Assembly (NCBI RefSeq): GCF_009914755.1 | Contig: NC_060929.1 | Length of the DNA: 64,000 nt | From: the human T2T-CHM13v2.0 reference genome, Homo sapiens | Direction: 5' to 3' (one strand) | In this document: positions 41,278 through 56,011 of the stretch, one piece after another | Layout of the letters: the number at the start of each line of letters is the position of its first letter | Numbering within the stretch: position 1 is the stretch's first letter | Program-made: the position numbers and the translations under genes | Notes under the pieces: generated by a model | Told to the model about the DNA's origin: nothing | Databases searched by the model: none | What the model saw: the letters and a program-made list of their open reading frames with translations, nothing else

Positions 41278-42996
41278 AGCAGGCCTTGATGAATTCTAAA
41301 GAGCCCAAACCATTATCCATTTCCAAGGCTGGCAAAATACTCCTAGAGTCTTAAATCCTTTATTCCTGAGAAAGTACTTTAAAAATGGGTGGGTGGCAAT
41401 ATGTAAATTCTTGGTATATAATCTTGGTTTCCAAGTGAGACAGGAAACAAGGATACTTCACCGAATCCCATACACTCATGGCCTACTTAAGAAGGTTGGC
41501 TGAGTCTCTCTAAACTTAGAGCCTCTGTTTACTTTTATATGTGTTTCTGCCCTTGGAAGGCAAATTATCCTCATTTCGATGCATTTTCATTTTTTTTTTT
41601 TACAGTAGTAGCTACTATCTTTTGGCATTATCTGTAAGAACATATTGATAACAACAAGGTTGTGTTTTGTTATCTGCCACAGGATGTTAAAAGAACAGAA
41701 TGTCAGTCACTGAAGTGAGCAAAGTACTTACTTATTTGAAAATACTTAAAAATTTCTACAGCAAGTCCTTTCATACTGTGAGACTTGTAAACATTCAAAG
41801 GAGTGTGAAGATCTCTGAGTCTATATGGATATAATATATACTTATTTCTTCAGAAATTGATTAAAATGCCCAATGACTTTACCAATTTTTATAAAAAGAA
41901 TGCACCCATACAGGCAGTAGATGAGACATGTTATTCAATTTTCATAGAAGTTTACTTTAGCAATATGAAAAAAAAGCCAGATAATGAGAATAAAAATACC
42001 AAACTTTATGATGAATAACTATGATAAATTATAGATTTAGGATGAGTTTCCTCAGCCTCTGTTTGCTGGCAATGACAGTGCTAAGTCTAAAGAGATACTG
42101 AGGACAGTAGAAAGTGTTTTTCAAGTAAAGAACCTTGATTTTAGAAAAAAACACAAAAATGTATGGCCCTATTTTCAAATACTGTAGATAGATCAGACAT
42201 GATTTACATAACCATTTACTTTGTTTCCTAAACTGTACCTACTTCTCAGTAACCAACTGTAAATATATTCACTTTCTTGATACTCAGCAATGCTTGCTTA
42301 CCTGAGCACATGCAGACATTATTTTTTGGAGGTAGATATGTCAATGTTTTCTATTCAGCATTTTTACATTATTGCTACACTTATACAAGTCTCTCCTTAA
42401 AGCTCAGCTAGCCTTTAGTTACAGTTCTTTGAGCAAATTTTTAGAACAATCAATAATCAAAAGAAAAATATTGAAAAATAGTATGCACTTTTCACTACTG
42501 GCTAAGCGTAACTTTTTCACTTTAGTTGAATCAGGGTTGTTATAAAGATAAATTGGGAAGTGTCTAGAAAAATAACGACTCAGTTATTTTAGGCTGTTTG
42601 TGTTCTTTCTGGATGACAGAGTAACTTCAGTTTTAAGGGTCAGATGTTACTATTAGCCCTCAAGTTTTGTGCTTGTTCTTTTGTTGTCCTGGAACTATCT
42701 TTTATCAGTAGAACTGGAAATAAATTAGGGCTTGACATGTTCTTTTCATGGATTGATTGTAATGTATCATTGTGAAGGCGTCTGACTTGCTATTGGCCAA
42801 GAGGTGACTAAGGAATCAGGGAACAGACAGTGATATACACCACTGCGTGACTGCCATCCTATCTGTTTTTAGTATGATTCCACAAATTTGATTTTGATGC
42901 ATCGAACTGAGTTTAAACGCACTGATACCTGAGTGCTGAAAACATTGAGACATGCTGAAAATAAACTGTCGCCTCTTACTGTCTTTTCATGCATGT

Positions 42997-43023
42997 ACAC
43001 ACACACACACACACACATGCACA
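42997..43023. repeat. (CA)n microsatellite
   Basis: Read directly. Confidence 0.9.
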
Positions 43024-43134
43024 CTCATATATCCATTTGACTTCGTTTCCTATTATAAAGCCAAGTTGCCATTCTAAAAGAGCATATTGACCTGTTTTCC
43101 TCATACCTCCAAGTTGCCTAAACTTGCATGTTTC

Positions 43135-43410
43135 TCTTTTATTGATTGATTGATTGAGAGAGGCTCCTCCAGGCTGTAGTGTGATGGGGTGAATACTGCT
43201 CCCTGCAGCCTCTACTTCCTGGGTTCAAGTGATCCTCCTGCCTCAGTCTCCCAAGTAGCTGGGTGTATGTGTGTGTGTCACTTCACCCAGCTAATTTTTT
43301 TGTTTTGATTTTGTAGAGATGGCATATCGCCGTGGTCTTAAACTCCTGGGCACAAGCCTTGACCTCTCAAAGTGCTGAAAATATCGTTGTGAGCCACCAC
43401 ACCCAGGGCC
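43135..43410 (-). mobile_element. Diverged AluJ
   Basis: 'ctgcagcctctacttcctgggttcaagtgatcctcctgcctcag...ttttgtagagatgg...gtgagccaccacaccca' with a (TTGA)n tail. Confidence 0.85.
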
Positions 43411-43799
43411 CAGGCTCCTTTATTCTTTAAAAGAGACACTTGTTAGAATAACCTTTTCAAAACACAAATTCCAATGTGTCCTTCCATTATTAAGAATTGG
43501 AAGTGGCTCTCTGTGGTCTGTTCCATCAACTAAAATCTCAGACTGGGTTGTAAGACCCTTCTTTATCTCTGGTCTTTCTATTTGCAGAAACATTTCCACT
43601 ATTTTTTCATTGTCTGCAGGACTCAGGCAGGCCTCCTTTCTTTCCTTCAGAACATCTTATAATTTAGGAGCTAAACATGTCTTGGCTAAAGTAGATAGGG
43701 TGGGACACTAACAATTACAGTAAAATTCAAATCTCGTAAGCTTATTATATTTTATGGGTACATATTTGTTTTACCTTGACTTTAGGTGATTAATTTGAA

Positions 43800-44130
43800 A
43801 ATTAATTAATTTAACAAATGCTTTTGGAACACGTACTATCCACAGAAACATTGCCAGACACCTAGGGATACAATGCAGAGTAAAAGTAGTCAAGTCTCTG
43901 ACTTTCTGGAGTTTATGTTTTATCCTGAGGTACTAAAATTTTATAATTCCTCACAGAAATGTACAGTTGTAACTCTCATAAACATGGTAAAGGATGACTA
44001 AGGGGATGTGGCCTACTCAGGAAAATCAGATCAAAACTTTCCTAGAAGAAATTGGAGAATGTATCAAAATTAACTGAATGACAAGAGGAGATTAGTATAT
44101 GCTAAACAGAGAAAATGTGATTCATAAAAA
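43800..44130 (-). mobile_element. L2 fragment
   Basis: 'tttaacaaatgcttttggaacacgtactat...ctagggatacaatg...tctggagtttatgtt'. Confidence 0.6.
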
Positions 44131-44619
44131 TGTTATTAGAAAAATGAGATATTGCACAGGAAGTCCCATAGCATTTATTTGTCATTATTACTAGAAAAGC
44201 ATCTTCAAGCAAATAGTCCTGTATTCCTGCTTAATAACCACTCTAAATATGAAGTTCGAGACATCCCAACATTTTTTGAGAAATAATGGATGTGCATGTT
44301 GGGTTTGAATAGCTTGTCTTAGTTTTTCAAAAAAATTGAGTAGAATAGAAATTACTTGACTGTAACAAATATGGAAAAGCCCAAAGAAGTAAGTGACAAA
44401 GTGTGGGTTATGTTAATTTTACAGGCACAGGGTGTAGGGCATTCCTGAGTTCAGTGGTGAATAACTGAAGATGAAATAAAGTTTTAGAGAGCAGCTACAC
44501 TCCTATTCCACTCTGATGAGAGGAAGAACATTTCCATTGCCTCTTGTGTTGATTAAGACCGACAGAAATGAGTGGACTTCAACGCATGCAGTAAAAGGGT
44601 GTTTGAAAAATGCATCATC

Positions 44620-44760
44620 TCTGAGTCAGGCCTGGATTTGAATCCTGGTGCTGTTATGGAGTGACTTCCCCACTGGAAAATAGAAACAACACTAAGAGGA
44701 TTAATTAATATTTGTGTAAGTGCTCAGCATAATACCTTCAACATAGCCATTTCCACCATT
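44620..44760 (+). mobile_element. MIR fragment
   Basis: 'gagtcaggcctggatttgaatcctgg...gaggattaa...gtaagtgctcagcata'. Confidence 0.6.
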
Positions 44761-44927
44761 ATTTTGTGTTTTTCTTAACCCTCATTCCTTCCTTTCTCAT
44801 TGTTAACATGAATTTTAAAATTCAGTGTGCCTAAAGCAGGGAAGGACAGAAATTGGCAGATGCCTGATTATTTCAGTATTTTCATTCCTCTTTACCAGCT
44901 CTCAATACCGTTTCTCCTTTTTGTTTA

Positions 44928-45360
44928 CTCAAGTTTACTAAGTATACCTGACAAAAAATTGTATATATTCAAAGTATACAATGTGACGTTCTGATACATG
45001 TAGACATTGTGAAGTGATTCATACAATCAAGCTAATTAACATATGTATAACTTCACATAGTTAACTTTGTGTGTGTGTGATGAGAATATGGAAAATCTAC
45101 TCTCTTAAAAATTTCAACTGTATAATACGTTATTATCTGTAACTATAGTTACTGTGCTGTGCATTAGGGTTCCAGAACTTATGCACCCTTTGAACAACAT
45201 GTCTTCATTTCCCTGTCATCCTTGGAAATCTTCTACTCTATATTTCTGTGAGTTCTACTTTTTAAAATTCTGTATATAAATAAGATCATGCTGTATTTGT
45301 CTTCCTGAGTCTGGCTTATTTCTCTTAGCATAATATCTACCAGGTTCATCCATGTTTCTT
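44928..45360 (-). mobile_element. L1MA8-10-like 3' end
   Basis: 'aattgtatatattcaaagtatacaatgtga...caatcaagctaattaacata...ctggcttatttctcttagcataat...ggttcatccatgtt'. Confidence 0.88.
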
Positions 45361-45389
45361 CTTTTAAAAGACAAATGAAAATTTGACTT

Positions 45390-45585
45390 TTATAGTCAGA
45401 TGAGCTTAAGTTAAAATGCCGGCTCTTTCGCTAACTGGTTGTGAGACCGTTAGCCGGTTATATCATTTCACTTGCCGCTTCATCGTCTATTAAATGTGGA
45501 TAATAAGAACTGCCTCATCAAGTTGTTGTTCTCTTAGCATAGGGCCTGGCATATAATCAATGTATGATGAATGCATGGTAGTTTC
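45390..45585 (+). mobile_element. MIR element
   Basis: 'agtcagatgagcttaagttaaaatgccggctct...catcgtctattaaatgtggataataa...cttagcatagggcctggcatata'. Confidence 0.65.
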
Positions 45586-48500
45586 TTTTGTATACTGGAA
45601 ATAAGTCAAACTTAAAGTTAAGCTTTAGCAAATATCACTGTGTGTTAAATGCAATGTTTTCTACGAACTACCAATGATTGTTTTGATCAGTGGTTAAGAC
45701 CTGTGCATGTATATAAATGTAGGATATGATGAACATGCTGAAGAGAAACTGCTGTTGATGTGGAACTAATGTCAATGCAGGGGTGTGGAGAAAGACCTCG
45801 GTTGCACTGGAAGGGTTGCTTGGCTCACTAGAGAGAAGATACTAGTAGATTCTCTGACTTGGTAGAACAGGGTCTCTTGCTATGCTAGCATCATGTCTTC
45901 TACATTTAATAAATAGCCACTATTTGAGTTCATGGATGAATATTTTCACCAAGAATTCAGCTCAGGATATACAGAGCATCTCATGGACTTACTTTCTCAT
46001 TTAGGACCAGAAAATAACTTTCTTGCTGAAGGAGCCATAAATAGAAGTGAGTGTTAGACATCCTCTCAGATCCCAATTCACAATCCTCTATGACATTTGA
46101 GGACATATAAAAGTGACATGTATCTTTCATAGTAGTGGCAGGCTATACAATGAGTGAACCATTTTCAGAAGATCATGTGAACCTCTGAAGTTTATACTGA
46201 GTCAAGATTCAATTTATATTTTTCAAAACCTCCCATGGCTCTTTTTATTGACACGGTTAAAAAGACATTGTTGTCATTGGGAGGTATTTCTTTTTTCAGG
46301 CTCATTATATTGCCTCCAGTGATTGCACTGGGAACTAGGTGCTTGATTCTTATTGACGTTTGCTGGGATTATCATAAATATGACCTATAAAATAGAGTAA
46401 CTATAAATGGAGTCAAAACAATAAGGTGTACATATTATTTTGGACAAAGTCAGATGGAAATTGTAAGGCAGTTACTGAAACACAATATTTATCATTTTTA
46501 CTATTTAGAATTTATCCCATTTATATCATTTTAAGATAAACTTGCAAATAAGAATATATTTTCTGATTGTATATAGATTATTTCTAGCTTGTTCTGAAAA
46601 AACTGATGTAGTTGTTTGTTTTTAGCCAAAAACAGTTTTAGAACATTCTTGTCAATCAAAAACTAGTATTTTTCATATATAAACTAAACCATATTTTTTG
46701 GTTGTGGAGCATCCTTGTGGAAATGAACCACATGCATTTTTTCCTGCAATTTTCTAAGCTTATGCAAATTGTATCTTACGGTAATGAAAATTTTGCCGAT
46801 GAAATCTTTGAGAACATCATGACTGTTGTTTTTGTTTCAATAATGTGTCATACCTGAAGTTATTTGGCACACATTTCCTATTGACTTTGAAAGTCATTCC
46901 CTGCATGTTGATAGTGAAAGATTAGAATTCAAATGGGGAGACCTGAGGTCTGAGCTTACCTCTGCAACTAACCAGTTATATGATCTTCACTAAATATTTT
47001 CAACCCTCTGGATGACATAGTTCAGAGAATGGACCACATAACTCCGAACTCAGACTACTTCCCTTTAAATCATTTTCTTCCCTTTAGTGAAAAATAAAAT
47101 ATAATGAAAGGTATATAAAGGTTAGTATTCTTGCAAAATTCTACATGGATTTATTAAACCATGGTTTGAGGATATAAAAAAAAAGCAGTGATGACCAGAG
47201 TATATTGTAGATTCCCTAAGAACTAATCTCATCACATTCATTTAATGTTTGGTAGGACTACTAAAAAATAAATTAAGGACTAGTCTGCGCCATAACTTGA
47301 TATTAGTGAGGCATTTTACAAAGGGTCTCATGTTACATAGGAAGGACTGTTCTCAAACCCAGGAAGAAGGATTGTTTTGGATTATTGTCCACAGTTTATC
47401 AAACACATAATCTTTCCAAATAATGATGCATGCAGGCCTGAATTTTGGCAGCTTCTTGATTTTGTTGTGGAAGTACTTTCTCTTGTTTAAAAAATAATTT
47501 TCAATCTGAATATCTTTATTTTCAAGGTAAATATACTCCATTGTCTTCACAAGGTATTTGTAAGATCATTAGATCATTATAATCTTTTCTTTCTTCACAT
47601 TCTTGCAGAGAGATTTTAAAGCCAAACTCACAGCAATGAGTGAATCATTTTCAAAAGTTGGTAATCTCTTATTATGTTTCAAAGCAATATGTAATATGTT
47701 ACTAACACATACAGACATAATAACCGTCTTTCATTCCGCAATTCTGATTGTGTGTTGAATTTTTTCTAGTTCTCTACACCACAATCAATTATCATGCTTG
47801 AAATAATAACCTCAACGACATTACAACTTGGTATATTATTACCAATGGAAAAAAACATACTCAGATTATATCAACTAATAGTAGTCATTGAATGAGATTG
47901 GATATAGGAAATTTTCTAGCAAGTCATACAGTAGGAATTCAGTAAATATTCTACTTAAGTCTAACTGCCAACACCTTCTCTAATCATGCTGCAGTAAATT
48001 CTGTTTTGTTTTGTCCCTTTTTAACATTTTTTAAAATTAGTTAAATCCATGGAATGAATACTAACTAAATTCACAGATAATACACAATCATGAAAGAATA
48101 GTAAACATACTGAAATTTAGAATCAAATTTTTAAAATCAAGTTTGTTTAATGCTTGTGTGGAAAGAACCAGATGCGTAGGCAGGACTGTCATCTAAGATT
48201 TTGTAGGTTCTCCTTGCAAACTCACCTTGGGAGGATATTTGCCAATATACTCTGTGCTTTCTTTTACGGGGGTGTCCATAAATATATAGTATTTATTTGC
48301 TTGTCACATTTACAAGATCATTTACAAGATTACCATCTGAAATGGTGGGCAGAAATCATGAACACATTTAACAGAGGATTTAAAATACTAAACTAATATT
48401 TTAAAAATTTAGTTATGTAACTGTAGAATGGGCAAACATTTTTTAAACAAAACTAGGTATTAAAGGACTTTAAGGATTGTTTTGTTAATATTTAATGAAG

Positions 48501-48649
48501 GTATGAGACAATGGAATAGTAATACAGGAATTCAGGGATAGGAAGAAAAGGTAATAATAAAATTGAAATTGCAACTTGGATTCAATCTGAGAGGCAATTC
48601 TATTGCCTGAATGGGGACAAGGCTGGTCAGATGTAAATAAGAGAACTAG

Positions 48650-48830
48650 CATTTGTGACTAGGGACTATGTTTCAGATCTTATGTTAGTTATTTTGCATA
48701 TAGTATTTCATGTAAGTCTCACAACAGCCTAGATTCCAGCCTTCCCAGCTTACATTAGCCAGAGTAGCTCTACTGTCCCCAGTTTAATAGGACAATAATC
48801 TGAAGCATTGCAAGTTAGGTTGGGATTCGA
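48650..48830 (-). mobile_element. MIR fragment
   Basis: 'tttgcatatagtatttcatgtaagtctcacaacagcct...gttgggattcgaa'. Confidence 0.5.
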
Positions 48831-49357
48831 AGGAAGGAACATACCAGAAACACCTCTCATAATTTCTTAAGAATTTTCTTGAACACAAGAAAGATACCTA
48901 AACACAGCAGAAGCAGCTACAGCATATCTTTCTGTGTCTCCACATTCCAGTAAGGGGAAGGCATGAGAGAGACACTCTCCATTTGGGGAGCATGGTACTA
49001 GCATTGAGGATGAAGCCAAATGCTTGCTAGGTCACTGCTCCTTTATTATTATGCAAGTTTATATTGCCAATTTGAGAGGATTTATGTTAATAATCTCTAT
49101 ACATTCTTTCAAGAGAAACTTTTAAATATCTAGTGTTTATTTATTTATTAATTTACTGAGCAAATTCAGCATTCACAAGGCTATATTCTTATTCATGGGA
49201 AGGCAGAGTTGATTTTCTCATTCAGAACATTTTCTCTGCTCCAAATTTTTCATATTCTAACAAGCTCTTTCATCCCATAGGTGTCATATAAGATTTATTT
49301 GAAAAGAATCGAGCACTGTTAAAAATAAGTCAGTTTTGAATAACATTGTTTTGGACC

Positions 49358-49760
49358 TGTCAGCTTAGGCTGCCACGACAAAATAATATAAACCGTGTGG
49401 CTTAAGCAATGGGAATTTATTTCTCTGCTCTGGAGCAAGAAAGTTCCAAGTCAAGGTGCTGGCCAGTTTGGTTCTGAGTGAGCATCTGCTTCCTGGCTTA
49501 CAGAGGAAAGTCTTCTTGCTGTATTCTCACATGGTGGTGGGGTGGGGTGTGTGTGTGGGAGAGATAGAGAGAGAGAGAGAGAGATCTGATCTCTCTTCTT
49601 CAAGAACACTCATCCCATCATGGAAGGAGGGGGCCGTATCACATGACTTCATCTAAACCTAATTACTTCCCAAAGATCCCACTTCCAAATGCTATCACTT
49701 TGGGGTTAGGGCTTCAACATATGAATTTTGGCAGGACACAAACATTTAGTCCACAATAAG
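49358..49760 (-). mobile_element. MaLR solo LTR (MLT1A-like)
   Basis: 'ggctgccacgacaaaata...tggcttaa...caaggtgctggccagtttggttctg...gttagggcttcaacatatgaatttt...aacatttagtcca'. Confidence 0.85.
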
Positions 49761-51574
49761 GCCTATCTATAAAATGGGTAAGTTCCTGGTTTTTCCAAAT
49801 TGTAGACACAATCTTCTATATAACCTAGAAAGGTTTTTTTTTTTTTTATGTTTGAGTTTCTAAAAAAAAAAAAAAAAATTTCCCATAAGGCACAGTAAGG
49901 TTTTTGTTTTAGTTGATGAAAGACAGTCCTAACCATTGTCACCTTTATGTTTTCATCTTGAAAAATTGATTAAAAAAGACTTTATTTCCATGGACAGAAG
50001 TTGTATGTCAGCTAAGTCATATTCTTTGATTATAAACATCAAACTTTTCACCTGTACCATACTGAGATTCAGAGAATGCTGAAATGGAAAATTTGCAATT
50101 TAAATGGCATAGAATAGAACTATCTCAACTCTCCTTTTTTTTTTCCTACTCCAAAACATACAGAAAGCATGTTTTGAAGTCCAAAGAGAAACTTCAGTAA
50201 ACAACTCGCCTATTCTCCAATTACCAGTGAGCTTTTAGTGCCATTTCTACCAGGGTCAATTTCATTGTTTTTTTTTTTTTTTTTTTGTACCATGCTATCC
50301 AGATGAAAACATTAAGCAATTTACAAAACCATTGACTATCTGGAGGTCTGTATAATCTGTAATTTAATTTATCCAGTTGGCTTTTTGGGGTGCAGCCTTG
50401 CTCATACTAACCAGGAGCCCATGTCGACTTTTACGTTGATAATTTCCGTGATCACAATCCTTCAGCTCAAGGCCATTATTTCTCTGCTTTCCAGTATACA
50501 TCTCTGGGACTGACTTGATTTGCTTTAAGAATTAAACAGATGCAAAGCTATTTCCTGAGAAGAATACTGGTATAGCCTGTAGATACTCATTTATACTACC
50601 ACCAATTAAAGGAAACCAAGGCTCTTTCATTTTCTCAACAGTTTCATCTTTGCCATTTGCATGTAAGAGTGTTGCTGGCACAGCTTGTATGTTTTTATTA
50701 AATTCAGGTAAAAAGAAACTCCCTCTGAGCAGATAAATTATAAAAACCCTCTTCTTCTGGGTTGACTAGCCTATTGCACATCTTGGAAACTGGAGAACTG
50801 GCTAGATTTCTGCCCTCACTAATCCTCAACCAGCTCTCTTCAGGGCTGAACCTACAAAATCATATGTGGAATCCTTGCTTACTTGCCTGGTCCTTTCCCC
50901 AAACAGTATTAAGCAACTTTCTTTTCAGCTCTGAATTATCTGAGAGTTCCCATAAATAACCAGTAGACCCAACTGCTACATGAAAAAAAAAAAAAGTCAT
51001 CTAGGGTATGTTTATTTTAGAAGATTCTCCACTATTCATTTCTACTACATTATAGAATAGCCTTTATAGACCCAGATGTAACACTGGACCCTGGGTGTTT
51101 AATGAAGATTGCTATGACACACAACAATAAAATTTCTTAATTTCTTGAAATCTGTTGAAGACAGGTGTTGTTTATGAAGAGGGGGAAATTTTCTTAAACA
51201 CTCATAAAGATTTTTCAGGTCTCAGAACCAAGAAATATCTGTCTTTTCTGAGGTATTGATATATTTTTCATAAAAGGAAGTTTTCAGTAGTAAGTAGGAA
51301 GTAATTGTAAAATTGAAATTCTAGATGTAATTTCCAGTTTTTTGCTTGTTTGATATAGTTTTCCTCAGAGTTTGTATAGCTCTAAATCTAAATGTATACT
51401 TGCATATATCTATATAATACATATGTACTTTTTTCTCCCTCTTTATATTTTCTTCTACTTACATGATATTTGATTTTATTGTATCTGTGTTCTTTTTGCA
51501 AATTGCTTCAAATGATCATTACTAATACAACTAATTAAACTTGCACTGATGTGATGAAAAAATATATGCATTAG

Positions 51575-51740
51575 GTTTCAGAAGATCTGGGTTCAAATAA
51601 TTCACCCTGTCATTAGTTATTTTTGTGACTCTGGGCAACTCTTTGGTAGTTCTGGTGGTTCACTTTCTCATGCAAAACAAAGGGTTTGATTACATATAGT
51701 TGCATTTCCTATGGTCTCTTTTTATTCTTAACTATGGATT
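51575..51740 (+). mobile_element. MIR fragment
   Basis: 'tcagaagatctgggttcaaa...tgtgactctgggcaa...tttctcatgcaaaa'. Confidence 0.6.
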
Positions 51741-54700
51741 TTAATATATCATTACATTTCAATCCATTAAATACTTTGAAAAAGCAATATGAACCATATC
51801 TGATAGATTATTGACAATTTGAAATTATTTAGCATCTCTTGAAATAACATGCTTTAATGTAGATACTTCTGAAAAATCATTTTGGAACTCATGCTACTTG
51901 GAACCTCATAATGTTTAGAAAATATTTCAAATTTGGAGAGGGGGAGGACGTAAGGTGTTGGGTTAAGGTTTAGATTTAATAGCACAAAGTATAGGTTCTT
52001 GTTAGAAATTAAGCATATTACCATCTTCAGGGTTTTTAATTTTTTGTGGGTACATAGTAGGTGTGTATATTTATGGGGTACATTAGATGTTTTGATACAG
52101 TCATGCAATGCATAATAATCCCATCATGGAAAATGGGGTATCCATCTCCTAAAGCATTTATCCTTTGTTTTACAAATAATCCAATTATACTCTTTTAGTT
52201 CTTTTAAATGTGCAATTTTAAATTATTTTGACTGTTGTCACCCTGTTGTGCTGTCAAATACTAGGTCTTATTCATTTTTCTAATTATTTTTTGTACCAAT
52301 TAACCATCCACACCTACCCACTACTCTTCCCCAACTACCCTTTTCAGCCTCTGGTAACCATCCTTCTACACTCTGTCTCCATGATGAACTCATCATGTTT
52401 TGATTTTTAGTTACTACAAATTAGAACATGTGAATTTGTTTTTCTATGCCTGGCTTATTTCATTTAGCAAAATGACTTCCAGCTCCATCCATGTTGTAGA
52501 AAATACAGGATGTCATTATTTTTTGTGATTAAATAGTACTCCGTTGTGTATAAGTACCACCTTTTCTTTATCCATTCATCTATTGACGGATTCTTAGGTT
52601 GCTTCCAAGTCTTGGCTATTGTGAACAGTGATGCAACAAATATAGGAGTGCAGATATCTCTTTGATACGCTGATTTCCTATCTCTTGGTGTATACCTAGA
52701 GTGGGATTGCTGGATCACATGGTAGCTCTATTTTTAGTTTGTTGAGGAACCTCCAAACTGTTCTCCATGGTGGTCATACTAATTTACATTCCCACCAACA
52801 GTGTACCAGTGTTGCCTTATCTCCACATCCTTTCCAGCAATTGTTATTGCTTGCCTTTGGATAAAACCATTTCAACTAGAGAGATTATATTCCACTGTAA
52901 TTTTGATTTGCATTTCTCTGATGATCAGTGATGTTGAACACCTTTTCATTTGCCTGTTTGGCACTGATATGGCTTCTTTTGAGAAATATCTATTTAAATA
53001 TTTTGCCCATTTTAATTGGATTATTATTATTTTTCCTGTAGAGTTGTTTGAGCTCGTTTTATGTTCTGGTTGTCAATTATTTGTCAGATGGGTAGTTTGC
53101 AAATATTTTCTCCCCTTCTATGTGTTGTCTCCTCACTTTATTGATTGTTTCTTTTGCAGTGCAGTGATTGTTTCTTTTTAACTTGATGTGATCCCCTTTG
53201 TTTCTTTTTTCTTTGGTTGTCTATGCTTGTGGGATATTACTCAAGAAATTTTTGCCCAAGCCAATGTCCAGGAGAGTTCCCCGAATATTTTTTTGAGTAG
53301 TTTTATAGTTTGAAGTCTTAGATTTGTCTTTAATCCATTTTGATTGGATTTTTGTATGTGATGAGAGGTAAGGGTCTAGTTTCATTCATTCAGCATATAG
53401 ATACCCAGTTTTCTCAGTACCACTTATTGAAGATTTATTGAAGATACTGTCTTACCTAGTGTATATCCTTGGTACCTTTGTTGAAAATGAGTTCACTCTG
53501 GATGTGTGGATTTGTTTCTGGGGTCTCTATTCTGTTTCTTTGCTATATGTGCCTGTTTTTATGTTAGTACCATACTGTTTGGTCACTATAACTCTGTGGT
53601 ATAATCAGAAATAAGGTAATGTTTTTGGTAATTGTTTTTGATCAGAGTAGCTTTGGCTGTTCTGGGTCTTTTGTAGTTCCATATAAATTTTAGAATTATT
53701 ATTATTATTCTGTATCTTTGAAGAATGTCATTAGTATTCTGATAGGAATTGGCGTTGAATCTGTAGATTACTTCGGGTAGTATGAACATTTTAACATTGT
53801 TGATTCTTCCAATGCATGGAGCATGGAATATCTTTCTAGTTTTTTGTGTCCTGTTCAATTTCTTTCATCAGTATTTTATAGTTTTCCTTGTAGAGATATT
53901 TCACTTCTTGGGTGAAATTTAACTTTATGTATGGCTATTGTAAAATAGATAATTTTTTATTTATTTTTCAGATGTTTGGTATTGGCATATAGAAATGCTG
54001 ATTTTTGTATGTTGATTTTGTATCTTGTAACTTTACTGAATTTGTTGATCAGTTCTAATATTTTTCTTGTGGAGTCTTTAGGTTTTTCTAAATATAAAAT
54101 CATATAATCTACAAACATGGATAATTTGGTATCTTTCATTCCAATTTGGATGCCCTTTATTTCTTTCTCTTGTCCGATTTTTTTAGCTAGGACTTCTATT
54201 GCTATGTTGAATAATGGTGGTGAATGTGTGCATCTTTGTCATGCTCCAGATCTTAGAGGAAAGGCTTTCAGTTTTTTCTTTGTTCTGTGTGATACTAGCT
54301 GTGGGTCTCCCATATGTGGCTTTTATTATGTTGAGATATATTACCTCTATACCCAGTTTCTTAAGGGTTTTTATCATGAAGGAATGTTAAATTTTATAAA
54401 ATGTTTTTTTCAGCATCAATTGAAATGATCTTTTTTTTTGTACTTCATTCTGTTGATATGATGTATCACACTGATTGATTTGCACACGTTGAACCATCTT
54501 TGTGTCCCTGGAGTAAGTCACACTTGGTCATGATAATTGATGTTTTTAATGTATTGTTGAATTTGGTTTGCTAGTATTTTGTTGAGGATTTTCACATCAA
54601 TATTCATCAGATATATTGGCCAGTAGTTTTACATTTGTTGTGTCTTTTTCTGGTTTTGGTATCAGGGTGATACCGACTTCATAGAATGAGATTGTAAGTA

Positions 54701-55657
54701 TTCTCTTTTATATTTTTCAGAATAGTTCAAGTAGGACTGGTAACATTTCTTCTTTAAATGTTTGGCAGAATTCAGCAATGAAGCTACTGGGTCCCACACT
54801 TTACTGGGAGACTTTTTATTATGGCTTTGATCTCATTACTTGTTATTGGTCTGTTCAGGTTATGGATTTCTTACTGGTTCAATCTTGGTAGGTTGTATGT
54901 GTCTAGGAATTTATCCATTTTCTCTAGATTTTCCAGTTTATTGGCATATAGTTGTACATAGTAGCCACTAATGATCCTTTGATTTTCTGAAGTATCAGTT
55001 GCAATGTCTCCTTTTTTATTTTTGATTCTGTTTGTGTCTTCTCTCTTCATTCTTGATTAGTCTGGCTAAAGGTTTGTAAATTTTATCTTTTCAAGAAACA
55101 AATTTTTTGCTTTGTTGATTTTTTTTGTTTTCTTTGTTTTAATTTTATTTATTTATACTCTGATCTTCATTATTCCTTTTTCTCTACTAATTTTGAGTTG
55201 AGTTTGCTCTTTCATTTTTAGTTCTTTAAGAGGCATCATTAGGTTGTTTATTTGAAGTTTTTCTTCTTTTTTGATGTAGACCTTATAGCTATAAATTTTT
55301 CTCTTAGGAATGCTTTCACTGTATCCCATAGGTTTCGGAATGTTATGTTTCCATTATCATTTGTTTCAATAAAGTTTTCAATTTTCTTCTTAATTTCTTT
55401 ATTTACTCACTGGTCATTCATGAGTGTATTGTTTAATTTCTATGTCTTTGTTTTGTTGCCAACATTAATCTTTTTAATGATTTCCAGTCTCATTTCATTG
55501 TGGTCAGAGAAGATTCTCAATAGTATTTCAATTTTTTGAATATTTTAAGAACTTGTTTTGTTCCCTAACATACAGTCTGTTCTTGAGAATGACCCATATG
55601 CTGAAGAAAAGAATGTGTATTCTGTAGCCTTTGGATAAAATGTTATGTAAATGTCTA

Positions 55658-56011
55658 TGATATGGTTTGGCTCTGTGTCCCCACCCAGATTTCATCTTGA
55701 CTTGTACTCCCATAATTCCCAGGTGTTGTAGGAGGGACCCAGTGGGAGATAATTGAATCATGGGGTGGTTTCTCCCATACTATTCTCATGATATTGAATA
55801 AGTCTCATGAGATCTGATGCTTTGATAAGGAGAAACCTGTTTCTCTTTGCCCTCATTCTTTCTCTTGCCACTGTCATGTAAGAAGTGCCTTTCGCCTTGC
55901 ACTATGATTGTGAGGCCTCCCTAGCCAAGTGGAACTGTAAGCCTATTAAACCTCTTTTTCTTCCTAGCCTCAGATCTGTCTTTATCAGCATCGTGAGAAC
56001 AGACTAATATA
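55658..56011 (+). mobile_element. THE1 solo LTR inserted in the L1
   Basis: 'tgatatggtttggctctgtgtccccacc...ctcccataattccc...ctttatcagcatcgtgagaacagactaata'. Confidence 0.93.
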
